Of a stretch of 64,000 nt of DNA, positions 1-14,250 are shown in pieces; the stretch's first letter is position 1; the number at the start of each line of letters is the position of its first letter. Source of the DNA: the human T2T-CHM13v2.0 reference genome, Homo sapiens; NCBI RefSeq assembly GCF_009914755.1, contig NC_060944.1. The stretch is one strand, 5' to 3'. Made by a program: the position numbers and the translations under genes. A model generated the notes under the pieces. It was not told where the DNA came from. It saw nothing but the letters and a program-made list of their open reading frames with translations, and did not search any database.

Positions 1-31
1 GAATGGAATGGAATGGAATGGACTGGAATGG

Positions 32-3000
32 AAAAAATTCGAGTGGAATGGAATGGAATGCAAAGTAATATAATGAAAATGAATGGAATCCACCCGAATG
101 GAAAGGAAAGGAAAGGAATGGAATGGAATGGAATGGAATGGAATGGAATGGAATGGAATGGAATGGAATGGTATGGAGAGGAATGGAATTTAATGGAATG
201 GAGAGGAATGGAATGGAATTGATTTGAATGGAATGGAATCAACTGGAATTGAATGGAATGGAATGGAATGGAATTGAATCAACTAGAATGGAAAGGAATG
301 GAATGGAATGGAATGCAGTGGAATGGAATGGAATGGAATCAACCCGTGTGGAATGTAATGCAAAGGAATGGAATGGAATGGAATGGAATCAACAAAAGTG
401 TAATGGAAGGGAATGGAATCGAATGGAATGGAATGGAATGGAAAGCAATGGAGTCAACCCGAATGGAATCGAATGGAATGGAATGCAATGGAATGGAATG
501 GTATAGAATGGAATGGGATGGAATGGAATCAAACCGAGTGGAGTGGAAGGGAATTGAATGAAATGGAATGGAATAAATTGGAATGGAAAGGAATGGAATG
601 GAATGGAATGGGAAGGAATGGAATGGAATGGAATGGAATCAACCAGAGTGGAATGGAATGGAATGGAATGGAATGGAATCGGATAGAATGGAATCAAACC
701 GAGTAGAGTGGAATGGAATTGAATGTAATGGAATGGAATAAATTAGAATGGAAAGGAATGGAATGGAATGGAGTGGAATCAACCAGATTGCAATGGAATT
801 GAATGGAATGGAATGGAAAGGAATCAACCCGAGTGGAATGGAATTGAATGGAATGGAATGGAATGGAATCAACCCGAGTGGAATGGAATTGAATGGAATG
901 GAATGGAATTAACAGGAGTGAAATGGAATGGAAAGGAACGGAATGGAATTTAATGGAATGGAATGGAATGGAATCAACCTGAGTGGACTGGAATGAAATG
1001 GAGTGGAATGGAAAGCAATGGAATTGAATGGAATCAACCAGAGTTGAATGGAATTGAATGGAATGGAATGAAATGGAATCAACCCAAATGGAATGTAATG
1101 AAATGTAATTTAATGGAATTACCCCGAGTGAAATGGCATGGAAAGGAAAGGAATAAAATTTAATGGAATGGAATGGCATGCAATGGAATCAACCCCAGTG
1201 GAATGGAATGGCATGAAATGGAATGCAATGCAATGGAATGGAACCATTAAGAGTGGAATGGATTGGAATGGAATGGAATGGAATGAAAGGGAATGGAATC
1301 AACCCGAGAGGAATGGAATGGAATGGAATGCAATGGAATGGAATGGAATGCAATGGATTGGAATGGAATACACCAGAGTGGAATGGAATAGAATGGAATG
1401 GAATGGAGTGGAATCAACCCCAGTGGAATGGAATTGAATGGAATGGAATGGAATGGAATGGAATGGAATGCAATGGAATGGATTGGAATCAAACCGAGTG
1501 TAATGGAATGGAATGGAATGGAAAGGAATGGAATGGAATGAAATCAACCCGAGTGGAATGGAATGGAATGGGATGGAATAGAATGAAATTGAGTGGATTG
1601 GAATCAATCTGAGTGGAATGGAATGGAATGGAATTGAAGAGAATGGAATGGAATGCAATGGAAAGGAATGGAATGGAATGGAATGGAAAGGAATCAACCA
1701 GAGTGGAATTGACTGTAATGGAATGGAATGGAATGGAATGGAATGGAATGGAATGGAATGGGAAGGAATGGAATAGAATGGAATGGAAAGGAATGGATTG
1801 GAGTGGAATGGAATGGAATAGAATGGAATGGAATGGAATGGTATCAATGCAAGTGTAATTGAATGGAATGGAATGGAATGCAATGGAGCGGAATGGAATG
1901 GAATTGATTTGAATGCAATGGAATCACCTGGAATCGAATGGAATGGAATGGAATCAAATAGAATGGAAAGGAATGGAATGGAATGGACTGCAGTTGAATG
2001 GAATGGAATGGAATCAACCTGTGTGGAATGTAATGCAAAGGAATGGAATGGAACGGAATGGAATGGAATCAACAAAAGTGGAATGGAAGGGAATGGAATA
2101 GAATGGAATGGAATGGAATGGAATTGAAAGCAAAGGAGTCAACCCGAATGGAATTGAATGGAATGGAATGCAATGGAATGGAATGGAATGCAGTGGAATG
2201 GAATGGAATGGAATGGAATGGAATGGAACGGAATGGAATGGAATGGGATGGAATGGAATGGAATCAACCAGAGTGGAATAGAATTGAATGGAACGGAATT
2301 GAATGGAATCAACCCTAGTGGAATGGAATGGAATGGAAAGGAATGGAATCAACCAGAGTGGAATGGAATTGAATGGAATGGAATGGAATGGAATCAACCC
2401 GAGTGGAATGGAATGGAATGGAAAGGAATGGAATGGAATGGAATTAACCCGAGTGAAATGGAATGGAAAAGAAAGAAATGGAATTTAATGGAATGGAATG
2501 GAATGGAATCAACCTGAGTGGACTGGAATGAAATGGGGTGGAATGGAAAGCAATGGATTTCAATGGAATCTGCCAGAGTTGAATGGAATTGAACGGAATG
2601 GAATGGAATGGAATCAATCCAAATGGAATGTAATGGAATGGAATAGAATGGAATTCCCCCGAGTGAAATGGCATGGAAAGGAACGGAATAGAAATTAATG
2701 GAATGAAATGGAATGGAACGGAATCAACATGAATGGAATGGAATGGAATGAAATGGAATGCAATGCAATGGACTGCAACCAATAAGAGTGGAATGCATTG
2801 GAGTGGAATGGATTGGAATGAAAGGGAATGGAATCAACCCGAGAGGAATGGAATGGAATGGAATGGAATGGAATGGAATACACCAGAGTGGAATGGAATA
2901 GAATGGAATGGAATGGAGTGGAATCAACCACAGTGGAATGGATTGGAATGGAATGGATTGGAATCAAACCGAGTGTAATGGAATGGAATGGAAAGGAATG

Positions 3001-4950
3001 GAATAGAATGAAATCAACCCGAGTGAAATGGAATGGATTGGAATGGGATGGAATAGAATGGAATGGAGTGGATTGGAATCAATCTGAGTGGAATGGAAAG
3101 GAATGGAAAAGAATGGAATTGAAGGGAATGGAATGGAATGGAATGGAATGGAATGGAATGGAATGGAATGGAATGGAATGGAATGGAATAAACCCGAGTA
3201 GAATGCAATGGAAGGGAAAGGAATCCAATGTAATGGAATGGCATTGAATGGAATCAACACAAGTGCAATGGAATGGAATGGAATGGATTGGAGTGGAATG
3301 GAATCAACCCCAGTGGAATGTAATGTAAAGGAATGGAATGGAATGGAGTAGAATGAACCCGAGTAGAATGGAATGGTATGGAATGAAACGGAATGGAATG
3401 GAATGGTATGGAATGGAATGGAATGGTATTGAACGGAATGGAATGGAATTGAATAGAATCCAATCCAGTGTAAAGGAATGGAACGGAATGGAATGCAATG
3501 GAATGGAATGGATTGGAATGGAATCACCCCGTGTGTAATGGAAAGAATGGAATGGAATGGAAAGCAATGGCATGGAATGGAATGGAAAGGAATCGAATGG
3601 AATGGAATGGAATGGAATCAACCCGGGTGGAATGTAATGGAATGAAATGGAATGGAATGGAATGGAATGGAATGGAATGTAATAAAATGGATTGGAATCA
3701 ACCTGCATGGAATGTAGTGCATTCGAATGCAACGGAATCAACACGATAGGAATTGAATGAAATGGAATGGAATTCAATGGAATGGAATGGAATGGAATGG
3801 AATGGAATCAACCCAAATGGAATTTAATGAAATGGAATTGAATGGAATTACCCCGAGTGAAATGGCATGGGAAGGAACGGAATAGAATTTAATGGAATGG
3901 AATGGCATGCAATGGAATCAACCCGAGTGCAATGGAATGGCATGAAATGGAATGCAATGCAATGGAATGGAACCAATAAGAGTGGAATGGATTGGAATGG
4001 AATGGAATGGAATGAAAGGGAATGGAATCAACCCGAGTGGAATGGAATGGAATGGAATGCAATGGAATGGAATACACCAGAGTGGAATGGAATAGAATGG
4101 AATGCAATGGAGTGGAATCAACCCCATTGGAATGGAATGGAATGGAATGGAATGGAATGGAATGGAATGGAATGGGATGGAATGGGTTGGAATCAAACCG
4201 AGTGGAATGGAATGGAATGCATTGGAATGGAAAGGAATGGAATGGAATGAAATGGAATGGAATGGAATGGAATGGAATGGAATGGAATGGAATAGAATGG
4301 AATGGAGTGGATTGGAATCAATCTGAGTGGAATGAAAAGGAATGGAAAGGAATGGAATTGAAGAGAAATGATTGGAATGGAATGAAAAGGAATGGAATGG
4401 AATGGAATGGAATGGAATGGAATGGAATGGAATGCAATGGAATCAACCAGAGTGGAATTGAGTGTAATGCATCGAAATTGAATGGAATGGAATAGAATAA
4501 ACCTGAGTAGAATGTAATGGAAAGGAATGGAATCGAATGGAATGCAATGGCACTGAATGGAATCAACACGAGTGTAATGGAATGGAATGGAGTCGATTGG
4601 AAAGTTATGGAATCAACCCGAATGGAATATAATGGAATGGAATGGATTGGAATGCAGTGGAATTAACCCGAGTGGAATAGAATGGTATGGAGTGAAATGG
4701 AACGGAATGGAATGGTATGGAATGGAATGGAATGAAAAGGAAAGGAAAGCAATGGAATCAAAACGAGTGGAATGGAATGGAATGTAAAGAAATGGAGTGG
4801 AATTCAATAGAATCAACACCAGTGGAATGGAATGGAAAGGAATTGAACGGAATGGAATGGAATGGAATGGAATCCAATCCAATGTAAAGCAATGGAACGG
4901 AACGGAATAGAATGTAGTGGAATGGAATGGAATGGAATGGAATGGAATGG
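32..4950 (+). repeat. ~4.9 kb diverged relative of the 6.45 kb HOR unit
   Basis: AAAAAATTCGAGTGG at 32 and 4951 (4919 bp apart). Between them the HOR markers occur in HOR order: TT(A/C)CCCCGAGTGAAATGGCATGG at 1119, 2654, 3848; CCAATCCAGTGTAAAGG ~3460; GTAGTGCATTCG ~3714; AAAGTTATGG 4601. It lacks the TTAATTAA block. Confidence 0.8.
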
Positions 4951-7499
4951 AAAAAATTCGAGTGGAATGGAATGGAATGAAAACTAATATAATGGAAATG
5001 AATGGAATCCACCCGAATGGAAAGGAAAGGAATGGAATGGAATGGAATGGAATGGAATTGAATGGAATGGAGAGGAATGGAATGGAATGGAATGGAGAGG
5101 AATGGAATGGAATTGATTTGAATGCAATGGAATCAACTGGAATGAAATGGAATGGAATGGAATGGAATGGAATGGAATCAACTAGAATGGAAAGGAATGG
5201 AATGGAATGGAATGCAGTGGAATGGAATGGAATGGAATCAACCCTTGTGCAATGTAATGCAAAGGAATGGAATGGAATGGAATGGAATCAACAAAAGTGT
5301 AATGGAAGGGAATGCAATAGAATGGAATGGAATGGAATGGAAAGCAATGGAGTCAACCCGAATGGAATCGACTGGAATGGAATGCAATGGAATGGAATGG
5401 AATGGAATCAACGTGATTGTAAAGAAATGAAATGAAATGGAATGGAATGGAATGCAATTGAATCAACTCGATTGTAAAGGAATGGTTGGAATGGAAATGA
5501 AAGGAATGGAATGGAATGAAATCAACACAAATGGAATGGAATGGAATGGAATGGAATTTAATGGAATGGAAAGGAATGGAATGGAATGGAATCACCCCGA
5601 GTAGAATTGAATGGAATGGAATGGAATGGAATGGAAAGGAAGGGAATGCAATGGAATGGATTCAAACCAAATGGAATTGAATGGAATGGATTGGAATGGA
5701 ATGGAATTTAATGGAATAAACGGAAGTGGAATGGTATAGAATGCAATGGAATGGATTGGAATGGAATGGAATGGGAAGGAATGCAATAAACTAGAATGGA
5801 AAGGAATGGAATGTAATGGAATGCAGTGGAATGGAATGGAATGGAATCAACCCCTGTGGAATGTAATGCAAAGGAATGGAAAGGACTGGAATGGAATAAA
5901 CAAAAGTGGAATGGAAGGGAATGGAATAGAATGGAATGGAAGGAAATGGAATAGAATGGAATGGAATGGAATGGAAAGCAACGGAGTCAACCCGAATGGA
6001 ATGGAATGGAATTGAATGGAATGGAATGGAATGGAATGGAATCAACGCGAGTGGAATGGAATGGAATGAATTGAATGGAATTAACCCGAGTGAAATGGAA
6101 TGGAAAGGAATGGAATGGAATTTAATGGAATTGAATGGAATGGAATGGAATCAACCTGAGTGGAATGGAATGAAATGGAATGGAATGGAAAGCAATGGAA
6201 TTGAATGGAATCAACCAGAGTTGAATGGAATTGAATGGAATGGAATGGATTGGAATCAACCCAAATGGAATGGAATGGAATGATATTGAATGGAATTACC
6301 CCGAGTGAAATGGCATGGAAAGGAACGGAATAGAATTTAATGGAATAGAATGGAATGGAATGGAATCAACCCGAGTGGAATTGAATGGAATGGAATGGAA
6401 TGCAATGTAATGGAATGGAACCAATAAGAGTGGAATGGATTGGAATGGAATGGAATGGAATGAAACGGAATGGAAACAACCCGAGTGGAATGGAATGGAA
6501 TTGAATGGAATGGAATAGAATGGAATGGAATGGAATGGAATGGAAAGGAATGGAAAGGAATACACCAGAGTGGAATGGAATAGAATGGAATGGAATGGAG
6601 TGGAGTCAACCCCAGTGGAATGGAATGGAATGGAATGGAATTGAAAGGAATGGAATCAATCCGACAGGAATGGAAAGTAATGGAATAGAATGAAATGGAA
6701 TGGAATGGCATGGAATGGAATGGAATCAACCCGAGTGGAATGGAATGGAATGGAATGGAATGGAATGGAATGGAATGGAATAGAATGGATTTCAATGGAA
6801 TGGAATCAACCCGAGTGAAATGGAAAAGAATGGAATGCAATGGAATGGAATGCATTGGAATGGAATGGAATGGAATGGAATCAACCCGAGTGGAATGGAA
6901 TGAAATGGAATGGAATGCAATGGAATTGAATGGAAAGGAATGGAGTCAACCCTACTGGAACGGAAGGGAATGGAATGGAGTGGAATGGAATGGAATGGAA
7001 TGGAATGGAATGGAAAAGAATGGATTTGAATGGAATGGAATCAACCCGAGTGGAATGGAAAAGAATGGAATGCAATGGAATGGAATGCATTGGAATGGAA
7101 TGGAATCAACCGGAGTGGAATGGAATTGAATGGAATGGAATGGAATGCAAAGGAATGCAATCAAACCGAGTGGAACAGAGTAGAATGGAATGGAAGGGAA
7201 TGGAATGGAATAAACTGGAGAGGAATGGATTGGAATGGAATGGAGTGAAGTGGAATGGAATGGAACGGAACGGAATGGATTGGATTGGAATGGAATTAAA
7301 CCGAATGAAATGGAGTGGAATGGAATAGAATGGAATGGAATGGAAAGAAACGGACTGGAATGCAGAGGCCTGGAAAGAAATGGAATAGAATGGAATGGAA
7401 TGGAAAGGAATGGAAAGCAATGGAATGGAATGGAATGGAAAGGAATGGAATCAACACGAATGGAATGGAATCGAATGGAATGGAATGCAATGGAATGGA

Positions 7500-10400
7500 A
7501 TGGAATTTAATAGAATGGAATGGAATGGAATGGAATCGAGTGGAATGGAATTTAATTGAATGGAATGGAATGGAATGGAATCAACCCGAGTGGTATGCAA
7601 TGGCGAGGAATGGAATGGAATGGAATGGAGTGGAATGAACCCGAGTGTTATGCAAAGGAGTGGAATGGAATGGAATGGGATGGAATGCAGTCAACATGAC
7701 TGGAATGGAATGGATTGTAATGGAATGGAATGGAATGGAATGGAATGGAATGGAATGGAATCAAACCGAGTAGAATGGAATGGAATGGAATCAACCCGAG
7801 TGGAATGGAATGGAATGGAATGGAATGGAATGGAATGGAATGGAATGGAATGGAATGGAATTGAGTGGAATCAACACGAGTGGAATGGAATGGAAAGGAG
7901 TGGAATACAATGGAATGCAATGGCATGGAATGGAATGGAATGGAGTGCAACGGAATAGAATGGAATCTAATGGAATGGAATTGATTGGAATGCGATGGAA
8001 AGGAATGGAAAGGAACCACCTGAAATGCAAAGAAATAGAATGGAATGCAATGGAATGGAATGGAATGGAATGGAATCAACCCGAGTGGAACGGAATGCAA
8101 AGGAACGGAATGGAATGGAATGGAATTGAATGGAAAGGAACTGAATGGAATGGAATGGAATGGAATAGAGCGGAATGGAATGGCATGAAATGGAATGGAA
8201 TCAATGCGAGTGTAATGCAATGGAATGGAATGGAATGGAGTGGAATTGAATGGAATGAAAAGGAATGGAATCAATGCAAGTGTAATGGAATGGAATAGAA
8301 TGGAGTGGAATGGAATGGAATGGAATGGAATGGAATGGAGTGGAATCAACTGGAATGGAATGGAATGGAACGGATTGGAATGGAATTGAATGGAATTGAA
8401 TGGAATGGAATCAACTAGAACGGAAAGGAATGGAATGGAATAGAATGCAATGGAATGGACAGGAATGGAATCAACCCGTGTGGAATGTAATGCAAAGGAA
8501 TGGAATGGAATGGAATGGAATCAACAAAAGTGTAATGAAAGGGAATGTAATAGAATGGAATGGAAAGCAATGCAGTGAACACGAATGGAATCGAATGGAG
8601 TGGAATCTAATGGAATGGAATGGAATGGAATGGAATGGAATGGAATGGAATGGAATGGGATAGAATGGAATCAAACAGAGGGGAGTGGAATGGAATTGAA
8701 TGTAATGGAATGGAATAAATTGGAATGGAAAGAAATGGAATGGAATGGAATGGAATCAACGCGAGTGGAATGGAATTGAATGGAATGGAATGGAATGTAA
8801 TCAACCCGAGTGGAATGGAATGGAATGGAATTGAATGGAATTAACCCGAGTGAAATGGAATGGAAAGGAACGGAATGGAATTTAATGGAATGGAATGGAA
8901 TGGAATGGAATGGAATGGAATGGAATGGAATGCAAAGGAATGGAAAGGAATGGAATGCAATGGAATTGAATGGAGTCAATGCAAGTGTAATTGAATGGAA
9001 TGGAATGGAATGGAATGGAATGGAGAGGAATGGAATGGAATTGATTTGAATGGAATGGAATCAACTGGAATGGAATGCAATGGAATGGAATGGAATGGAA
9101 TGGAATGGAATGGAGTGGAATCAACTAGAATGGAAAGGAATGAAATGGAATGGAATGCAGTGGAATGGAACGGAATGGAATCAACCCGTGTGGAATGTAC
9201 TGCAAAGGAATGGAAAGGAATGGAATGGAATCAACAAAAGTGGAATGGAAGGGAATGAAATAGAATGGAATGGAATGGAATGGAAAGCAATGGAGTCAAC
9301 AAGAATGGAATCGAATAGAATGGAATGCAAAGGAAAGGAATGGAATGGAATGCAGTGGAATGGAATGGGATGGGATGGAATGGAAACAAACCGAGTGGAG
9401 TGGAATGGAATTGAATGGAATGGAATGGAACAAATTGGAATGGAAAGGAATGGAATGGAATGGAATGGAATGGAATGGAATGGAATGGAATCAACCAGAG
9501 TGGAATGGAATTGAATGGAATGCAATGGAATGGAATCAAACCGAGTGGAATGGAATTGAATGGAATGGAATGGAATGGAATACAATGCAATGGAATGGAA
9601 AGGAATGGAATAGAATGGAATGGAAAGGAATGGATTGGAGTGGAATGGAATGGAATGGAATGGAATGGAATGGAATGGAATGGAATCAACCCGAGTGGAA
9701 TGGAATGGAATGGAATGGAATGGAATAGAATCAACCCAAGTAGAATAGAATGCTAAGGAATGAAATGGAATGGAATGGAATGGTATGGAATGGAATGGAA
9801 TGGAATGCAATGGAAAGGAATGCAATGGAATCAAAACAAGTGTAATGGAATGGAATGGAAAAGAATGGAATGGAATTCAATAGAATCAACGCGAGTGGAA
9901 TGGAATGCAAAGGAATTGAATGGAAAGGAATGGAATAGAATGGAATGGAATGAAATGGATTGGAATTAATCCGCGTGGAATGTAGTGGATTCGAATGGAA
10001 TGGAATCAACCCGATAGGAATGGAATGAAATGGAATGGAATGCAATGGAATTGAATGGAAAGGAATGGAGTCAACCATACTGGAATGGAAGGGAATGGAA
10101 TGGAAAGAACTGGAATGTAATGGAATGCAATGGAATCAACCCGACTGGACTAGAATGGAATGGAATGGAATGGAATGAAATGGAGTCAAACCGACTGGAA
10201 TGGAATGGAATGGAATGGAATGGAATGGAATGGAATGGAATGGAATCAACTCGAATGGAATGGAATGGAATCGAATGGAATGGATTAAATGTGAGAGGAA
10301 TGGAATGGAATGGAGTGGAATGGAATGGAACGAAATGGAATAGGATGGAACAGAATGCAATGGAATGGATTGAAATGGAATGGAAAGGAATAAAACCAAG

Positions 10401-13400
10401 TGAAATTGCAGGGAATGGTTTCGAATGGAATGGAATGGAATGGAATCCACCCAAGTGGAATGGAATGGATTGGAATGGATTAGAATGGAATGGAATGGAA
10501 TGGAATGGACTTCACACGAGTTCAACGGAATGGAATGGAATGGAACCAACCCGAGTGGAATGGAATGGAATGGAAATTAATGGAATGGAATGGAATGGAA
10601 TCAACCCCAGTGGAATGGAATGGAATGAAATGAAATGGTTTGGAATGGTGTGGAATGGAATGGAATGGAATGCAATGGAATGGAATCAAAGCGACTGGAA
10701 TGGAATGGAATGAAATGGAATGGAACGGAATCAACACGAGAGGAATGGGATGGGATGGAATGGAATGGAATGCAATGCAATGGAATCAACCCGAGTAGAA
10801 TGGAAAGGAATGGCATGGAATGGAATGGATTGGAATGGAAAGGAATGGAAAGCAATGGAATGGAATGGAATGAAATGGAATCAACACGAATGGAATGGAA
10901 TGGAATGGAATGGAATGGAATGGAATGGAATTTAATGGAATGGAATGGAATGGAATGGAATGGAATGGAATGGAATTTAATGGAATGGAATGGAATCAAC
11001 CCGAGTGGTATGCAATGGAGTGTAATGGAATGGAATGGAATGGAATCAACCCGAGTGTTATGCATAGGAGTGGAATGGAATGGAATGGGTTGGAATGCAC
11101 TCAACACGAGTGGAATGGAATGGACTGTAATGGAATGGAATGGAATGGAATGGAATCAAACCGAGTGGAGTGGAATGGAATGGAATCAACTCGAGTGGAA
11201 TGGAATGCAATGGAATGGAATGGAATGGAATGGAATGGAATGGAATGGAATGGAGTGGAATCAACACGAGTGGAATGGAATGGAAAGGAATGGAATGGAA
11301 TGGAATGCAATGGCATGGAATGGAATGGAATGGAGTGCAACTGAATAGAATGGAACGGAATGGAATGGAATCAAACCGAGTGGAATGGAATGGAATGGAA
11401 TCAACCCGAGTGGAATGGAATGGAATGGAACGGAATGGAATAGAGTGGAATCAACACGAGTGGAATGTAATCGAAAGGAATGGAATGGAATGGAATGGAA
11501 TGCAATGGCATAGAATGGAATGGAATGGAGTGCAACTGAATAGAATGGAATAGAATGGAATGGAATTGATTGGAATGCGATGGAAAGGAATGGAAAGAAT
11601 CACCTGAAATGCAAAGGAATAGAATGGAATGCAATGGAATGGAATGGAATAGAATGGAATCAACCCGAGTGGAACGGAATGTAAAGGAACGGAATGGAAT
11701 GGAATGGAATTGAATGCAAAGGTACTGAATGGAATAGAATGGAATAGAGTGGAATGGAATGGCATAAATGGAATACAATCAATACGAGTGTAATGCAATG
11801 GAATGGAATGGAATCGAGTGGAATGGAATGGAATGGAATTGCATGAAATGGAATCAACTAGAATGGAAAGGAATGGAATGGAATAGAATGCAATGGAATG
11901 GTCTGGAATGGAATCAACCCGTGTGGAATGTAATGCAAAGGAATGGAATGGAATGGAATGGAATCAACAAAAGTGTAATGGAAGGGAATGTAATAGAATG
12001 GAATGGAAAGCAATGCACTCAACACGAATGGAATCGAATGGAGTGGAATCTAGTGGAATGGAATGGAATGGAATGGAATGGAATGGAATGGAATGGAATG
12101 AGATAGAATGGAATCAAACCGAGGGGAGTGGAAAGGAATTGAATGTAATGGAAAGGAATAAATTGGAATGGAAAGGAATGGAATGGAATGGAATGGAATC
12201 AACCAGAGTGGAATGAAATTGAATGGAATGGAATGGAATGGAATCAACCCGAGTGGAATGGAATTGAATGGAATGGAATGGAATGCAATCAATCCATGTG
12301 GAAAGGAATGGAATGGAATTGAATGGAATTAACACGAGTGAAATGGAATGGAAAGGAACGGAATGGAATTTAATCGAATGGAATGGAATGGAATGGAATG
12401 CAAAGAATGGAAGGGAATGGAATGGAATGGAATTGAATGGAGTCAATGCAAGTGTAATTGAATGGAATGGAATGGAATGGAATGGAATGGAATGGAGAGC
12501 AATGGAATGGAATTGATTTGAATGGAATGGAATCACCTGGAATGGAATGCAATGGAATGGAATGGAATGGAATGGAATGGAATGGAATGGAATGGAATCA
12601 ACTAGAACGGAAAGTAATGGAATGGAATGGAATGCAGTGGAATGGAATGGAATGGAATCAACCCGTGTGGAATGTAATGCAAAGGAATGGAATGGAATGG
12701 AACGGAATCAACAAAAGTGGAATGGAAGGGAATGGAATAGAATGGAAAGGAATGGAATGGAATGGAATGGAATGGAATGGAATGGAATGGAATGGAAAGC
12801 ATTGGAGTCAACACGAATGGAATCGAATAGAATGGAATGCAAAGGAATGGAATGGAATGCAATGGAATGGAATGGGATGGGATGGAATTGAAACAAACCG
12901 AGTGGAGTGGAATGGAATTGAATGGAATGGAATCAAACCGAGTGGAATGGAATTGAATGGAATGGAAGGGAATGCAATGGAATGCAATGGAATGGAAAGG
13001 AATGGAATAGAATGGAATGGAAAGGAATGCATTGGAGTGGAATGGAATGGAATGGAATGGAATCAACCCGAGTGGAATGGAATGGAATGGAATGCAATGG
13101 AATAGAATCAACCCAAGTAGAATGGAATGGTAAGGAATGAAATGGAATGGTATGGAATGGAATGGAATGGAATGCAATGGAAAGGAATGCAATGGAATCA
13201 AAACGAGTGGAATGGAATGGAATGGAAAGGAATGGAATAGAATTCAATAGAATCAACGCGAGTGGAATGGAATGCAAAGGAATTGAATGGAATGGAATGG
13301 AATGGAATGAAATGAAACGGATTGGAATCAACCCGCGTGGAATGTAGTGGATTCGAATGGAATGGAATCAACCAGATAGGAATGGAATGAAATGGAATGG

Positions 13401-14250
13401 AATGCAATGGAATTGAATGGAAAGTATTGGAGTCAACACTACAGGAATGGAAGGGAATGGAATGGAAAGGAATGGAATGGAATGGAATGCAATGGAATCA
13501 ACCCGACTGGACTGGAATGGAATGGAATGGAATGGAATGGAATCTAATGGAATGAAATGGAGTCAAACCGACTGGAATGGAATGGAATGGAGTGGAATGG
13601 AATGGAATGGAATGGAATCAAATCGAATGGAATGGAATGGAATGGAATGGAATGGAATGGAATGGATTCAATGTGAGAGGAATGGAATGGAATGGAATTG
13701 AATGGAATGGAATGGATTCAATGTGAGAGGAATGGAATGGAATGGAGTGGAATGGAATGGAACGAAAAGTAATAGAATGGAACGGAATGCAATGGAAAGA
13801 ATTGAAATGGAATGGAAAGGAATAAAATCAAGTGAAATTGGATGGAATGGATTGGAATGGAATGGAGTGGAATGGAATGGAATGGAATGGAATGGACTTC
13901 ACACGAGTGCAACGGAATGGAATGGAATGGAACCAACCTGAGTGGAATGGAATGGAATGGAAATTAATGGAATGGAATGGAATGGAATCAACCCGAGTGG
14001 AATGGAATGGAATGCAATGGAATGGTTTGGAATGGTGTGGAATGGAATGGAATGGAATGCAATGGAATGGAATCAAAGCGAGTGGAATGGAATGGAATGA
14101 AATGGAATGGAATGGAATCAACACGAGTGGAATGGAATGGAATGGAATGGGATGGGATGGAATGGAATGGAATGCAATGCAATGTAATCAACACGAGTAG
14201 AATGGAAAGGAATGGAATGGAATGGAATGGAATGCATTGGAATCCACCCG
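7500..14250 (+). repeat. Diverged ~3.4 kb tandem duplication (approx. 7.5-10.9 kb and 10.9-14.25 kb)
   Basis: Marker pairs: GAGTGTTATGCA 7643/11053, GAGGGGAGTGG 8678/12121, GTAGTGGATTCG 9982/13344, GACTTCACACGAG 10508/13895 (offsets 3362-3443). Confidence 0.8.
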
